Origin: Trichoplax adhaerens | Lineage: Eukaryota; Animalia; Placozoa | NCBI RefSeq assembly: GCF_000150275.1 | Contig: NW_002060943.1 | Span: 10,014,209 to 10,078,208, forward strand | Direction: 5' to 3' | DNA length: 64,000 nt | Part shown: positions 1-16,163 of the stretch, in pieces | How the letters are laid out: each line of letters begins with the position of its first letter | Position numbering within the stretch: the first letter of the stretch is position 1 | Translations under genes and position numbers: made by a program | The notes under the pieces: generated by a model | The model's database searches: none | The model's input: only the letters and a program-made list of their open reading frames with translations | What the model was told of the DNA's origin: nothing

Positions 1-1
1 T

Positions 2-157
2 TTGTTTGCCGTCATTAACAATAACTCCAGCATTGGTTCAGGGATAAAATCAAATCATCGGAGACATGATCTGCAGCAACATGAACATGTTACGGGGAAA
101 AATTTCAGTTATATACAGTATGGTGGATTAGAACTAAGAAAATCTTACGTTTTATGA
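2..157 (+). CDS. Possible 3' terminal coding exon of a gene starting left of the window (…QYGGLELRKSYVL*)
   Basis: Frame is open from position 2 to TGA at 155-157 and is followed by very AT-rich UTR-like sequence. No family recognised. Confidence 0.3.
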   Translation: MFAVINNNSSIGSGIKSNHRRHDLQQHEHVTGKNFSYIQYGGLELRKSYVL

Positions 158-1709
158 TAGCACACCTATTATATTAAATTTTCAAAATTAAAAGTCCATA
201 AAAGCATTTCTTCTTTCATAGAAATATATAACTGATCATTGACTTCTGGAAATTTCTCCTTAAATATCAATAAATTAACTAAGAGGTGTTGCATATATTG
301 ACTTTAAGTGTTAAATGATACATAATTTCAATTTAATAATTTATTAAAATTTTTAAAATTGTGAATAAATTAAATAAGCAGAGTATCGCGAAATCCTTCA
401 AAGCGGACTAATTTTAGAGTTCCTAAATCGAATAATAGATATTATGCAAAGAAACCTTGAGACATGTTGGTTGCGTAAGAGCTTTCTTAACCGATTGACA
501 CAAAATTTTTAGTAGAGTTCCAATAGAAGATTTTAAATATGTAATGTTAGATCCTTTAATCCTCGTAAGGCACAACATTATTTAACCGGTACAGTATTCT
601 TTATTCTACTGCTTTACTTTTATAACTAGTATACATGGCCAAAAAGTTACAGCAAAATTATTGAGTGTTATTATAGTAGCCTAGTTAAGTACTTACAGCA
701 TCAATATTGCTTTACTTGCAATGATTCATCACTTAATCATATTCTGTACTTTAATTAAAGTAGCTTTTGACAAAAATTTGATCGTTTGTTCTATTATTTT
801 TGACTATGTTGACGAAAGTTGAAATTGTATCTTTCAAATATGCCGCAGATAGCAGGCGATATTTTTGTACACTACAGTACTACTTAAGTGCTGAATGTAA
901 ATTATTGCAAATATTCATAAAATAAAATAAGATTTAGGTGAGATATATATTACTCTCTTCTAAAAATCTGAAAATTACTTTGGTACTACCTATAAATTAA
1001 TATTAAGCAACATAGATTGTTGATATGCTGATCTAAAGATAATCGACCTATAGATTCTTATATTGAACCCAATATCATCAGTATTATCAAAAATAAACCT
1101 CAAATTCATTTATCCTTATTAACAATATTCATTAATTTATTTATTTATTTTAATCAATCACCTTTATAGCGATCAAACTATATACAGATCTTGTTTATGC
1201 TTTATCTCAAAGAGTATGTACATATAATATTGCATATTACCAGTGAAGGAATATATTTATCAAACGACTTCAAATACTACACGTATGTCGTACGCACTTA
1301 TTCTTAATACTAAAAAAACTAAATCATGATAGTTATACAGTTACAGTCTTTGATAATACAGTAGCAGATATTTTTGCAGTTTATGTTACGACTAATGCAA
1401 ACACTCTGCCTTAAATTGATTTTAAGAAAACTTTGGAAATGCTTTTAGTTTGATAATGTAGATAAATTGATATTAAAAGCGAATTAAGCTCTAACATTCG
1501 GGTTACTTTTCTATTTTAACTAAGATACTTCGATCCAAAGAAAAGATATAGAAAATAAAAAAATAACGTCATCGCAATAATCTTTTATGGCTAAGCTAAT
1601 AAAATATCTGAAGAATCTTAATGTCTGGTATAGGAACTTTTTAATTGGTTAAGGGAAATTATTTAAGTTTACAGCTCATAGATATGAGGTACAAGAAACG
1701 TTTACACCA

Positions 1710-4700
1710 CTATGATAAACTCCACATGGAATGACGACCGTGAGAAAAATGACCTTTACCAGGAGCATCTCGACTGACACTGTACTCAGCTAAAGCGTTC
1801 GGGCTTAGCGGCTCCCAACTGCTTGACTTCCATTTAGATGCATTACCAGATTTAGCCTTTATCGGGATTAACGGGCGTGAATTGGTTTCATATTCCATTT
1901 TCGTTACTTTTCTATTTACATCATTTACTACAGCCCTACTAGCCTTGAAGCTTTTATCTAAGAAGTCACTTAATTTGGGGGAAACGAAGACTAATTTTTT
2001 ATTGTCGATAATAGAAATTTTATCACTATTTTGTTGCTTTGTAATGTTAGATTTTAATTTCGTAGATGATATCCCAGTACGTGTAAGATTTATATCATTA
2101 TTGTAAGTATCAGATGTTCGTATTTTGGGATCAGGCTGATTACTACTATTATAGTGATAACCATTATCTTGATATCGGGTAAACCAGTCGTCAGCAGTAA
2201 TTCCATCTTCTAAAAATTCAGCCGTTTGATTGTTGTGCATCATGATCGATGTTAGGTCTTCATTTTGTTTGGCAACGCGATACATTAGATTAACCTTATT
2301 CTTAATGTTTCGACTACTTTCAGAAAGATCTACTTTCTTATAGGTGGCAAAGTTTGCAGCAGGCATTTCCTATCATATAAATGTAAATAGATGGATTGGA
2401 TGAGTAGGTAATGCAAGCTTTTTCAATCAGCATTAATTCTTGGATTGTTAACCAAGTTATTAAATAGCATAATTTACTTTTAAAGTGCATAAAACTCATC
2501 TAAAATAAATTTTATAGGAATAATTTTTGGTTCAATATAGCTGTATGTGAGAGTTATCATAAGATAAGACTTTTCAATAGCAGTACTAAATATTTGAGCC
2601 CAAGATGAAATTACTGTGTGCTTGCGCATTCCAATATGCAAGATAGAATTTTTAGAAATCGGAAACTGTGTTACCTTAGATGTTGGCAGCGATTGAAATT
2701 TCTTAACTGTCTTATCGCTAATCGATTCTCCTCGAAGAGTGTACCAAATGTCCGATATACTAGCTGATGCTTCTACGTGACAATAATACAATTTGCAATT
2801 TAGGCATTGTAGAGTTGGCAGGTTAACCAATTAAGGTTATATAATATCTCTAAAAGAAAGAAACTACCTATACCTAGCAATACAATACTTTGCAAGCTGC
2901 TTTCATTACATGAATTTTTATGAATATGAAATTCATGAATTAATTGAGGATAAATGATTCTGTTACTACTGATTCTGATGTTTCGATTTGTATTAATCCA
3001 TTCGATACGACTTAATGTTACATTCTTTATTTAACAGCAAAAATCAATACTAAATAATCAATAACTGGATAGTACTTTCATTCGCGTACCTTTAAATTTT
3101 TGTAGTAATAAGTTGTCTCCTTTTTTGACAATTGGTTTGAAACTAGGAAAGAGGATTGACTTTGCATCCGATTCGCCGAACAATTCAACCAATTGTAGTT
3201 GATATTCTGGACTATCTTGATCAATTATTGAACTCTAAATATGAGGTATCAAATAATTCGAGTTTTATGATTTTAAAAAATCGTATGAATGTATCAGTTG
3301 GTAATCATATCTAATATTAATCATTTGATCTTTCAAGTAGGCAGCATATGGTACAAGGATATTATTTGGAAGAGGTACTTACAATCGTGGCACTATTGTT
3401 GTGATTTTCTGCAATATCAATAAGGCAGTCTTTTGAGATATCATGCTTCTCTTTCTCAACCATAATACTAACTTGGGCTGTTTCATCGTTGTTATTATTG
3501 GATTTTAATGTCCTGCTTGGCTTATTTATTGATAAATTTCGCGAAATTCCCGACCTTTTCAATAACTTATCTCGAACTGCCATAATGAATTGTAAGCAAT
3601 AAAGTCGATTTAGCTACTTTTACAATGAACAATATAAATATTTATAGTAATTGATATTAATAGGGGTTTTCTTATTACGGGAGTAGAAGTATGAAATACT
3701 CGGAAATAAGAATATAAAAAGATATATAACACAACAATAGTTTTATATAGCTATAACTACCTAACGATTCGCTACAGATATTTCTTAGCTTGTCAATGTT
3801 GTTCTTTTCCAATTGAGCAGTTTCAATAGTATTCTAGGATAGGTTAGCATAAAACATTATTTCGATCAAATCAATAATAAGATTGGCCATAACCACAATG
3901 ATACGTGTCAACAATACGAAATATAACTAATTTGGGTTTATATCAAACTATAAAATATTTTATAAATAATAATGTTAAGGTTAATACTTTGAAGTTTCAT
4001 TTTAGAAATCAGAAAACATATAGAAGCGATGAAATTATGTAAAATTATCCAACAACACGCGAAAGGTATAAATTATACTGTAGATTATAATCACTAGTAA
4101 ACGCTTACATAATTGCTATCTAAATCAGATTATTCGAACCTGACGCCTTTCAGCCTCATTTCTACTTCGCCTCTCTTGCAAGATTTCCGCCTGGCGCTTA
4201 ATAAGTTGCTGTTGTAAAAGAATCTTATTTTGATACATCTTAATTTGCTGGTCTCTATATCTTTTTTTAACTGTTTCCCAAAGTTCATACATTCTTTCAT
4301 ATTTCTAAGTGTGAGTTTAAAAAATGCTTCGTTACTTATACTAGTACGCCATATCATATTTTTAGAAATGTTATGACTGGATTTCACAATTCGAGAATTT
4401 CTTAAATTTTACTGTTACTTCTTATTTAATTTCGTAATATCTATCGTTTATGATAGCTTAAGTACTGATAACTTACTATCGTTTTATTGCGTTTTCGGGT
4501 TCCTTCATCTGTCTTTTTTCTTACTTTAGGTTGTAGTTTACTATGATAGCGATCACTGTCGCTTGCTGCCTGATGGTGCTCATGATTTTCTGTGGTTGAC
4601 TGATGAAATTTCTGATCACTTGTAGCAAAAATGGGTTAGATAGTAAGGCTTAGCGCTATAAAATTTTCATAAACAAGTTATTTACGGTACTACGTACGTA

Positions 4701-4999
4701 TTGATCCAACGAACAATAAGTAATGAAAACAAAGTAAATTATTACATAGGATTAAGAGTCACCCATGTAGCTTTTTAACTACATGGCCCATAAGTAGGAT
4801 AATAAAAACTTAAGGTTTGCACTAAGTATTTTCTATCGTAATAATCGGTAATTATAGTAATGATTAAAATCAGATTAGACATTTAATCTTAAAATATTAT
4901 GCAATTTATGGAGAAAAAGTTATACCTTGAATAGTCTTGATCAAGCTTTTCTTTTGGTGATAGGTAATCGTTAAGAATGGAAGGTAGAGTAGAATTCAT
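1710..4999 (-). CDS. Uncharacterised coiled-coil protein with TSGA13-like C-terminal motif (spliced, ~7 coding exons)
   Basis: Phase-compatible GT-AG exon chain: ~4999-4926 (MNSTLPSILND), ~4618-4476, ~4304-4140 (KYERMYELWETVKKRYRDQQ, coiled coil), ~3613-3383, ~3235-3090, ~2773-2675, ~2369-1710 (ends WEPLSPNALAEYSVSRDAPGKGHFSHGRHSMWSLS*). Probable 5'UTR intron ~5135-5303. Confidence 0.6.
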
Positions 5000-5416
5000 T
5001 ACGTTTTAATATTAGTTAGAAAATCTTTAGCCAAGACAGGTCCACTAGCAATAGTAATGTTGATAATGCTGGTATTTTTTAATTTTTTGAATAAAGTTTA
5101 TGGCGTTATATCAGCTTTCATTAAATGCTAAGACCTAAATTGAATTGACTGATTATAATTAGCGGTCAGTACAACTAGGTAACTATAGCATTAAGAAATA
5201 AACGTGAGCAAGTTTACAGATTATTTGCTGAACGGTAAGAGATTCAATAGAGTTAATGTAAGAGAGTTTCACGTTTTAAATTACTAGACTGAGAAGGTTA
5301 TACCAGGCCATTCCTAATAATCGTAAATGTTACAGTATCTGAATAGACTACGATGTCTGGGAAGGTAACACGTCGAATTCTTGGTGATGCGGCATCGGTG
5401 TCATGGCAACGCCAAT

Positions 5417-5585
5417 ATACTGCACTGTATTGTACACTGTACTGTACTACTGGTATAGAACTCTATTTCTCAAAACTCTAGTGTACTGTATACTGTACTG
5501 TACTCTACTGTGCAGTCATGGACTACTAAATACACTATTACCAGTAAGATTTAGTAGTCTACGCTACAGTACACTATGGTACAGT
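5417..5585. promoter_or_regulatory. TACTG/CAGTA pentamer array upstream of the first gene
   Basis: Dense TACTG/TACAG units immediately 5' of the inferred 5'UTR of the minus-strand gene. Confidence 0.6.
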
Positions 5586-6875
5586 CAGGGCGTAAAATAA
5601 TGTAGAGGTCTATTATTTTCTCGGTCATTCTACTATATGGTACCAATGAAACCGTATATCATACTGCACAGAACCAACCTAGCAGGATATTAGAAGCTAA
5701 TTTAGATGTCAGCCGCAGACAGAGCAGTGTGCCTTTACAGACATGCGATACACTTGAAATGACCAAGAAAGTAATCGACTTCCATATTATTAGTATTGTC
5801 AACGATTGCTTCACGTCCCTCTTTTTCTTTCTTTTGTACCGTGGTCCCTGATAGTACTGTACTCTCAGTAAATCTCTTCTGGTGGAACGCATAATATTGA
5901 TTACATACTGTACTCAGTAGTGGATTAAAAACCTTATCGAACTAACTAATAATATAATTTATATATGCTTGTTTGATGATGGGTGAGTCATTACTTTCTT
6001 CTCGATTAATTTATGTACTAGTATATAGTATACTGTACTGTACTATATCATGGCCTATATAGTGATTGTTCATGATATTATTATTTTAAAATGTAAGGTA
6101 TTTTTGAACCAAAAACCTTATGGAGTTATTACTACTAAATTTTTAAATCATTTTAAAAATTTGGTAGTCTCTAGCTAGAAGAACATTTAATATTTTGGAA
6201 GCCAAGTTTCCAGCGGTACTGTAATTATATAATTATCATATATAATTAATCATTATGTGTCTTCATTATTACTGTAAATCAGTATGTACTAGCCAACCTT
6301 GCACACTTAGCCGTTGCTGTCAAAAAAGTAAACTGTATTATGTACGTATTTTGTTTATTGTCAACCATGATGGATTAGATTTGTGGTTTCATAAAAGGAT
6401 ATCTTACATTTAATACACTTATTGCTAGATGCGCTTAGGATATTATCAAAGAATTTTATTCAATATTATATTTTCAAATTTTTTGTATTTTAATAAGAAA
6501 GGGATGATGTCATCTTAACTATACTCTTGTAGGTTTGGTTACTTTACACACTGCAGCACTGACTTTGTAGTCACGAAACTTAATAAATAAAGAAACATGA
6601 TTTCAACTAAGTGTAGTTATATTGACAATTGACAAAAATGGAAGCGATATTTTCTGCGTGCTCGATTGACGGTGTATGCAGTGTCGAAATATTTAATCAT
6701 GGCGATAGTTTATAAAGAATTAGATATATCATTATTTAGATTCAAATAGTGAGTCAGTAATAGGGTAGCTTTCTATCCCTATAGATAAAGCGTAAACAGT
6801 GGGCCAGCATAAACAGTATATGCAATAACATAACCGCTCGATGCAACGTAGTTAATTATTTAATTATTTTACATT

Positions 6876-9296
<2,421 letters not shown>

Positions 9297-9326
9297 TTTT
9301 TTTTTGAATTGGGCGGCACTCGAGTA

Positions 9327-9930
9327 ACTGTACAGTACAGTACTGCACTGTACAGTACTGTACTGTAGTGCGTACTGTACAGTACAGTATTGTACTGTAC
9401 TGTACTGTACTGCGCTGCGCGATTGACATTAAAAACAAAATTAAATTAAATTAATTATAAAGCTGCTAGTACTGTAGGATTTTCTGTACGGTCTTCATTT
9501 TTTACCGTATTGTACTGTACTGTACAGTGTACAGTACAGTACATTTTTAGCAGAGTGCTAACTTACCCACTACAGTACTGTACAGAAATGTACTGTACTG
9601 TACTGTACTGTACAGTACTGTACAGTACTATGGAACGTGTAAAGATGACATTTTGAATCTTAACAACATGTAAACTGGTCTGGAGGCGGCGATACCGACA
9701 ACTACAGTACTGTACAGTCAGGGACTTCTAAGACTAATACTGTACAGTACTGTACAGTGTACAGCACGGTGCAGTACTGTACTGTACAGTACGATATTCT
9801 GTAAATTGCAGAACAGGACTCCGACTACAGTGTACTGTACAGTACAGTACTGTACAGTAATGCAACAATAAATCATGAAATTGCTTTATATCAGCTAGCA
9901 ATCTTTAAATATTGTTATACTGTACGAATA
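9327..9930. promoter_or_regulatory. Bidirectional promoter CCDC77/IQSEC with TACTG/CAGTA array
   Basis: Lies between divergent ATGs at 9296 (-) and 10184 (+). Long runs of TACTG and CAGTA. Confidence 0.75.
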
Positions 9931-10183
9931 CGATCGTTAGTACAGCATAGTGTACCTATAAAAAATAGTCTCTCAGTCATGGGTTTTTATCGTGAGTAAC
10001 ATGAATGTCTTCCATATATTTTAACGACCGTTACCTAATTACTTATACCTATTTGTCTCCTTATTGCTGATAGCAGTGATTGGCAGAATTGCAGCTTTCT
10101 TGTAACCGGAGATATTCATAAATTTTTATTCACATCGTTGCAATAATACTGTACAGTATACTAAGGAAGAACTCTAGCTAATT

Positions 10184-13100
10184 ATGGAAGTCATCAGTGA
10201 AGAATCTATAATAGAATTACATAAAAAAATTAATTACCAGGCCCATTATATTGACGAATTAAAGAAGAAAATTGATATATTGGAGGCGTACAATCGAGAT
10301 TTAGAGCTAGCACTTTTAACAATACATGGCCGAGCAAATGATTTTGAATTCGAAGATGACCTATCACATGGCGAAAAGCTATTTAGGTATGAGATATTTC
10401 GTGTATAATTATTATTTTTATAATAATAATCTTTAATGATTGCAGTTAGCTAATTATTGATTAATTAATGGCATTGATTATATTATACAGAGCTACATTA
10501 ATGGTGTATAGGATGTCCTTTTAATGTTGTTTGGAATGTTAGATTCTAATTGCTTGTACATGTACGCCTACAAGCAATTAGAATAGAATCTATTAGGCAG
10601 TGTCTTGTTTTACTGTACCAGATAAGAGTTCCAACTACTGTATGCATACGTATATTTAATCATACTATACACTATACAGTATACTCTCTAATACTGACGA
10701 AAAATGTTGTGGAAATGCAGTACACGGCTATACAGTTATAATTATTATAAATACAATTACTGTATTATACCTAATCGTAAACTCTAATTATAAATTTGTG
10801 CCACAACTGATATGTCGCGCTTAGTTATTTCATTGCTGCAGTATTCGTACGTATTAGATAATAATAATTATTATATTGTTAATGTTGTCGTAAATATAGC
10901 CTAGATAATAATTGTTAACTGATAATATAAATAATAATAGAATTACGCGTATATAAGGTATTTTAATTTCACTTGAAAGATGAGTACAGCATTCGAACGT
11001 TTATTGCAACTTCGAATATACGGTATATGTCTTCTAAAAATTTTACATTATCCGCGTTAAATGAAAGAACAATACGAATTGATTATACGAACTAAAAGAG
11101 GATTAATTATATCAGTTATTGTAATGTACTACATAAATAGTAAAGGGTATTTCTTTACTATTAAATTGAAGTCATTCAAAAGATTAGCCGTTCGGCAAAA
11201 TATTGACATCGATTTTATTTTAGCTGTGAGGTTATCGATTACGATGCATAGTTAATTACAACTATCAGTGATTGACATCGGTTTTATTTCAGCCGTGAGG
11301 TTATCGATTACGATGCATAATTACCAGTAATTAATTAAATGGATTACAGACTACCGATTCCTGGTTTAATTAATTAATTTACCTATTTTTATTAAAATAT
11401 TGTTGACTCGGTACTCAGTATATCGCCATCATTTCGTAATAGTAATGACACGAAATGACTAGATAAAATTTCGATCTTATTAGAGGCAAAAGTTTTATTT
11501 ATTTATATTCAGTGTAGTTAAAATCCTTTATTCTGGGCTATTTAACTTGTACACTATATTTAATAATCCAAGAATGCACAGTGATTCTTCCTACCTAAAT
11601 CGTAATACTTTGCAATGGGTGAGAAAATATACAACTACACGGTCTTTAGATTTTGAATTTCCGTTTTCAACTTATGACTAGTGCCGATGAAAACAGAATG
11701 CAAATATTAAATCTTTTGAAATCCACGAAATGGCGGTACGATAACGGTGAAAAAACGTTAAATTTGCAACATAAAAGCCATAACGTTGATTTATCTCCTG
11801 AACTACGGCAGTATCATCTGAAAATGGTTGAAAGAAAATATGGCGGTGGTCAAAAGGCAAATCGTGCTGCTAGTGTTATTCAGGTACATTTTCGTAAATA
11901 TCAGATGAATAAAAGATTTGATAAGTGGCGTAAAGCGTCAACAAATCACTCGCGGGTATATCGTAGCCGATCGGATGCCGATTTTACTTATCGTATGGGC
12001 GGCCGGCGCCCACGAAGCTTCGCTGGAATTGGAACTGCTCTGCCGTATGAAGAATATCTCGCTCAAAGATCTGAATCTCGAAACTCTTTCAACAGGTGAT
12101 CTTAGTTAATAATGTAAGTTTCTAGATGAACGTACATGTCTGGCAATAAATTTAAGTCAGCTCTTTAAATTTAATTATAGTCGTTTGAAACATGAGGATG
12201 CAAATAAATTTCAAAGTCAATCAGGAGATCGTGCGCATCATTCAGCCATAGAAGCAACTCAAAATTATAGAGCTATTAATGTTAATGATGCTGAATTATC
12301 ACAAAGTGAAGCAACCTTTGATAAATACTTATCTGACCAAAGTAATAGAGATATATTGCTAAAAGATCATTCACTAACCGATATGAACGAAACTTCGCTC
12401 GGGCTACTTCAAAATAGTGATAGTTCGAATACCTTGCAAAATACAGCCAATTTTGTTCAAAGTGCTAAAGCCACATCAACTAATGAAGAAGGTAGATTCT
12501 TAATGGAGAGTAAGTTAAAAAAGCAAGTAGCGGCTTCTGGCGAATATAAGGAAAATGGTATAGGTAATACTAGTAATTAGATATAACGTATCTTTGCTGT
12601 AGACTTTTTGACATCGAAAGTTGCTTATGATATTATTCCGAATCCCATGCTTGTTAAGTCAGAGCATAGGTTGATAAAATGTACTGCTGATCTGCATGAT
12701 GAAATAAATATATAGCTCTAAGTAAGTTGCAGGATAGATCGAAGCAGTTATAATTTAAAAGTTGCAGACGATTATGATGATTAAATTATAATGGCGAGGA
12801 GACAGGAGAAAGGACGAGAATTTTATAGTGAAATAAAATGCGTATATATGTATTACTATTAAATTTAGATTACACTGCAATATCAATTAGTACAGTTATA
12901 GGGAAATGCTATATACGTTGTATATGAGTATTATTTACGCACATTCGCATAATCATACAATCAAATACATGTTGTAGCCTCCGAGTTATTCTAGAAAAAT
13001 TTAGGAATACTGATTCACCTTTAACCTCCTTTTATAGTCACATATTACATATTATTTGCTATTACATATTATCTACTAGTGTATAATATAATGTACGTTT

Positions 13101-16100
13101 ATCGATTATGTAACACTACAAATATCGGATTGTGATGTAATTGTTAAATATTATAGTACAGTTCCTTCATTCGAAGTCCCATTTTCAACTGAAGACATAC
13201 CTGATCACTAAATTTGGAAGTAATTATGATATATATATAATTTTTATATAGGTAATATGCAATATATTCTAATCGTGGACTGAATTTAAGGACTGGCTTA
13301 CACTATTTTAATAGGTCAAAATTTGTGGAATTATTTCTAGTAATTATAGTTATCGTTCAGACTGAGCATGTATCATATAATCAACGGTGTTTGCAATGTT
13401 AGTTCTTATATTTTTACCACGTTTGTTACATAGAAAACCTCAAAGAGGAATCGAATATCTTATTAGGAAAGGCATTTTAAAACGAGATCCCGAGTTTGTA
13501 GCTAGATTCTTGTTCGAGCAAATTGGTGTAAGTAAGAAATTTTTGGGAGAATATTTAGGCTGCATCTCGGAATCTTTTAATGTGGCTGTGCTAGAGTAAG
13601 TACAAAATTTGGTCTGGAGTCGAGTTCAGCATATGATTAGCATATAATAATGCTTTAGAAAACATTATTCTATTCTTTTTCGTCGAAAACTTGTATTAAT
13701 ATTTATATTGCATTTAATGCGTATAGCTGGTATATTAATTTTCTGGATTTTACAAAAATTACTGTTGATGAAGCGCTGAGAAGGATGTTGAAAACCTTTT
13801 TATTACCGGTATGTGAGAACTTTATATTCCTATTATAAACTTTCAGTTGCCTGGTCCAGCAGACTTGCTCTATGCCTAGATATTTATGAGTTAAAATACT
13901 TTGGGTAACAAGATTGTAATAATCAATTTTAACAGGGAGAAGCTCAAAAAATCGAGAAGATAATGCAAGTTAGTAGTTTTGTTTGTAATGAGATTGTTAA
14001 TAGGTCTTGTTGAAATTCTTAGTCTTAAAAGACAAATTATTTGCAATATATCATAAATTGTAGGTTTTTGCTCATCGATATTGCGAATGCAACGAAGATT
14101 GTCCCTTCTCTGAAGACACGATGTTCATACTTTCTTTTTCAATGATAATGCTCAATACTGATTTACATAATCCTAACATAAAGAATGAAAGAAGGATGAA
14201 AGAACAAGACTTTATACGTAACAATAGAGGTACAGCAACAATTTCATTTATAGATTAGTACTATATAATAGTAATTATGTGTAATTTAAAATTTTGTATA
14301 TGTATTGAATTTTTCAATTATTCCTATAAGTAATTTTTTAAATCATGATTGGTTGAAGGTATCAACGACGGCAATGACTTACCTGATCAATTTTTAGCTG
14401 GTATATATCACAGAATTAAGCAGGTATGTAAGGTAATGCACCTAAAACGATGGGTCTTCTTGTAAAGTAATGATATTCTTTTTGATATCCTTTGCGTAAC
14501 TAGAACCCATTTCAATCTGGAGTTGATCATACAACGAAAGTTAGAAATATTGAAAATTCTATTAACGGAAAGTGCCCGGTTAGGATAGATTCTTATTGCC
14601 TCATTTCTGATAATAGCGTGTTCTTCAACTAAAAGTTATATAATTTCTGAAATACGTCGGTTTGTCGATATCAGGAGTTATCACTTCCGCATCGACAGCT
14701 GATTCATATAGCCAGCTTTTGCGTTGTAGATCCAAACAAAAAAGAAAAGCCAGGATTGCATCCAAGAATTGTATTTCTGTTTAACGATATGATACTGGTA
14801 AGCAAACATAGTTTAAAAGAAAATAGCTTTTAGAAATATTGGTTATAATTGAAAGGAGCATTTTTTAATGGTATAGTTAACAAAGATGCAAATAAAAAAG
14901 GGCAGACAGTCTGCGCCGCTAAAAGTACCTACAGTGGGTGGATCTACTTACAACTATAAGTCTCATTATACTCTATGGGGTTTGCAAGTGCGAGTCATCA
15001 AACACAGTTGTATGTAACTTGTCTAAATAAATTTTAGGAAATGATCAAGTAAACATACTTGATAAATGATTTCTTCCTGCTTAATATAGAAGCTATTCTT
15101 TCTTACGATCGATTCTTAGACTATAAATTTCCGCTCCAGTTATATAAGCAATTGGACAGCAAGGTAAGTGTTAAAACTTAATATTATCTATAAAATTTAC
15201 GATTATAGTACTTAATGAATAAAAATGTTCATTTTGTAGATCGTTCTTACATTGAATGCAAGCAACGAGTCGGAAAGAAGGAATTTCGTTAAAAATTTAA
15301 AATTAGCGCTTTGTGAGGTACAATTTTATACAGAATTATCTCACTCTTATATAGGATATATCATATATGTTTACTTCATTCTTTTGTAGGTCGAAGCGGT
15401 CGAGAAGGAAAGATTAGGTAATGATAGTGGTACATAGTACTTAATGTATTGTAGATACTTTGATTCGTCTTTGAATATGTTTTTCGATGCAAGACTGAAA
15501 GTGTAAATTAAACTTTAAACTTTTAATCGATATCTGATGTCTTTTGATACCTTGAATTAGCTGAGATAGAGGCTCAGAAGGCTGGAAAAAATTATTTAAG
15601 CAGGAACACAGATAATACATCAGTCATTGGCAGCGCTGAAGCTACACAATTGGTCTCGTATTCTTTGGTAAGGAGTGCACTGACTATGCTCGCGGTTGTT
15701 TTGGTTTCTTTTTGACTGTAATTAGTATTGTGTTTTTATTAATGTACAATACATTCAGAAAAATTATAATATCTTTTTAAAGGGTGATGATAAAGCAGCT
15801 TATAATGGCTCAACGATGAATAGCAAAGAAATAACTTCAACAGTAAAACTTAGCGAAAGTATCAGTAGTTCTTCAGAATGTGATGAATCTACTTTGAGCA
15901 TTGCTAACAATTCTTCGCTACAGAAAGATCACGATGTAGAATCGGCTGAGGCAAATACTACAGAAAACGTACTTCAATCTAGGCATTTCGATAATGTTAA
16001 ATTACCAACCGCAGATCTCCATGATATTAGTAATATTTCAGGTTCTCTATCACCGAAACATGATATAAATACGGAGGCCTCTTCAACGAATTCTGAAAGT

Positions 16101-16163
16101 TGTGATATTACTTTGGATAAGGAGATGTCGCTTTCACACGATGATAAAAGCATTAGTATTTAG
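10184..16163 (+). CDS. IQSEC: IQ motif and Sec7 domain Arf guanine nucleotide exchange factor (IQSEC/BRAG family), ~18 exons
   Basis: IQ-like MVERKYGG…AASVIQVHFRKYQMNKRF; Sec7 FNRKPQRGI…FLLPGEAQKIEKIMQ…IMLNTDLHNPNIK; IQSEC-type PH LSLPHRQL…PGLHPRIVFLFNDMIL. Phase-consistent exons were traced from 10184 to the stop at 16163. Confidence 0.92.
11202..11323 (+). repeat. Tandem duplication (~52-nt unit, period 69) in IQSEC intron 1
   Basis: ATTGACATCGRTTTTATTTYAGCYGTGAGGTTATCGATTACGATGCATA occurs at 11202 and 11271. Confidence 0.9.

Noticed and set aside
3762-3834. Possible extra exon (NTIETAQLEKNNIDKLRNICSESL) in the first gene
   Set aside because: It has a good acceptor, but I found no donor phase-compatible with the next exon; left out of the model.
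4130-4387. 85-aa minus-strand ORF from the track
   Set aside because: The splice-compatible exon uses a different frame (KYERMYELW…).
9327-9930. Repeat arrays as CRISPR or another prokaryotic defence system
   Set aside because: Units are 5 bp with no repeat-spacer structure and no cas genes; the context is spliced eukaryotic genes.
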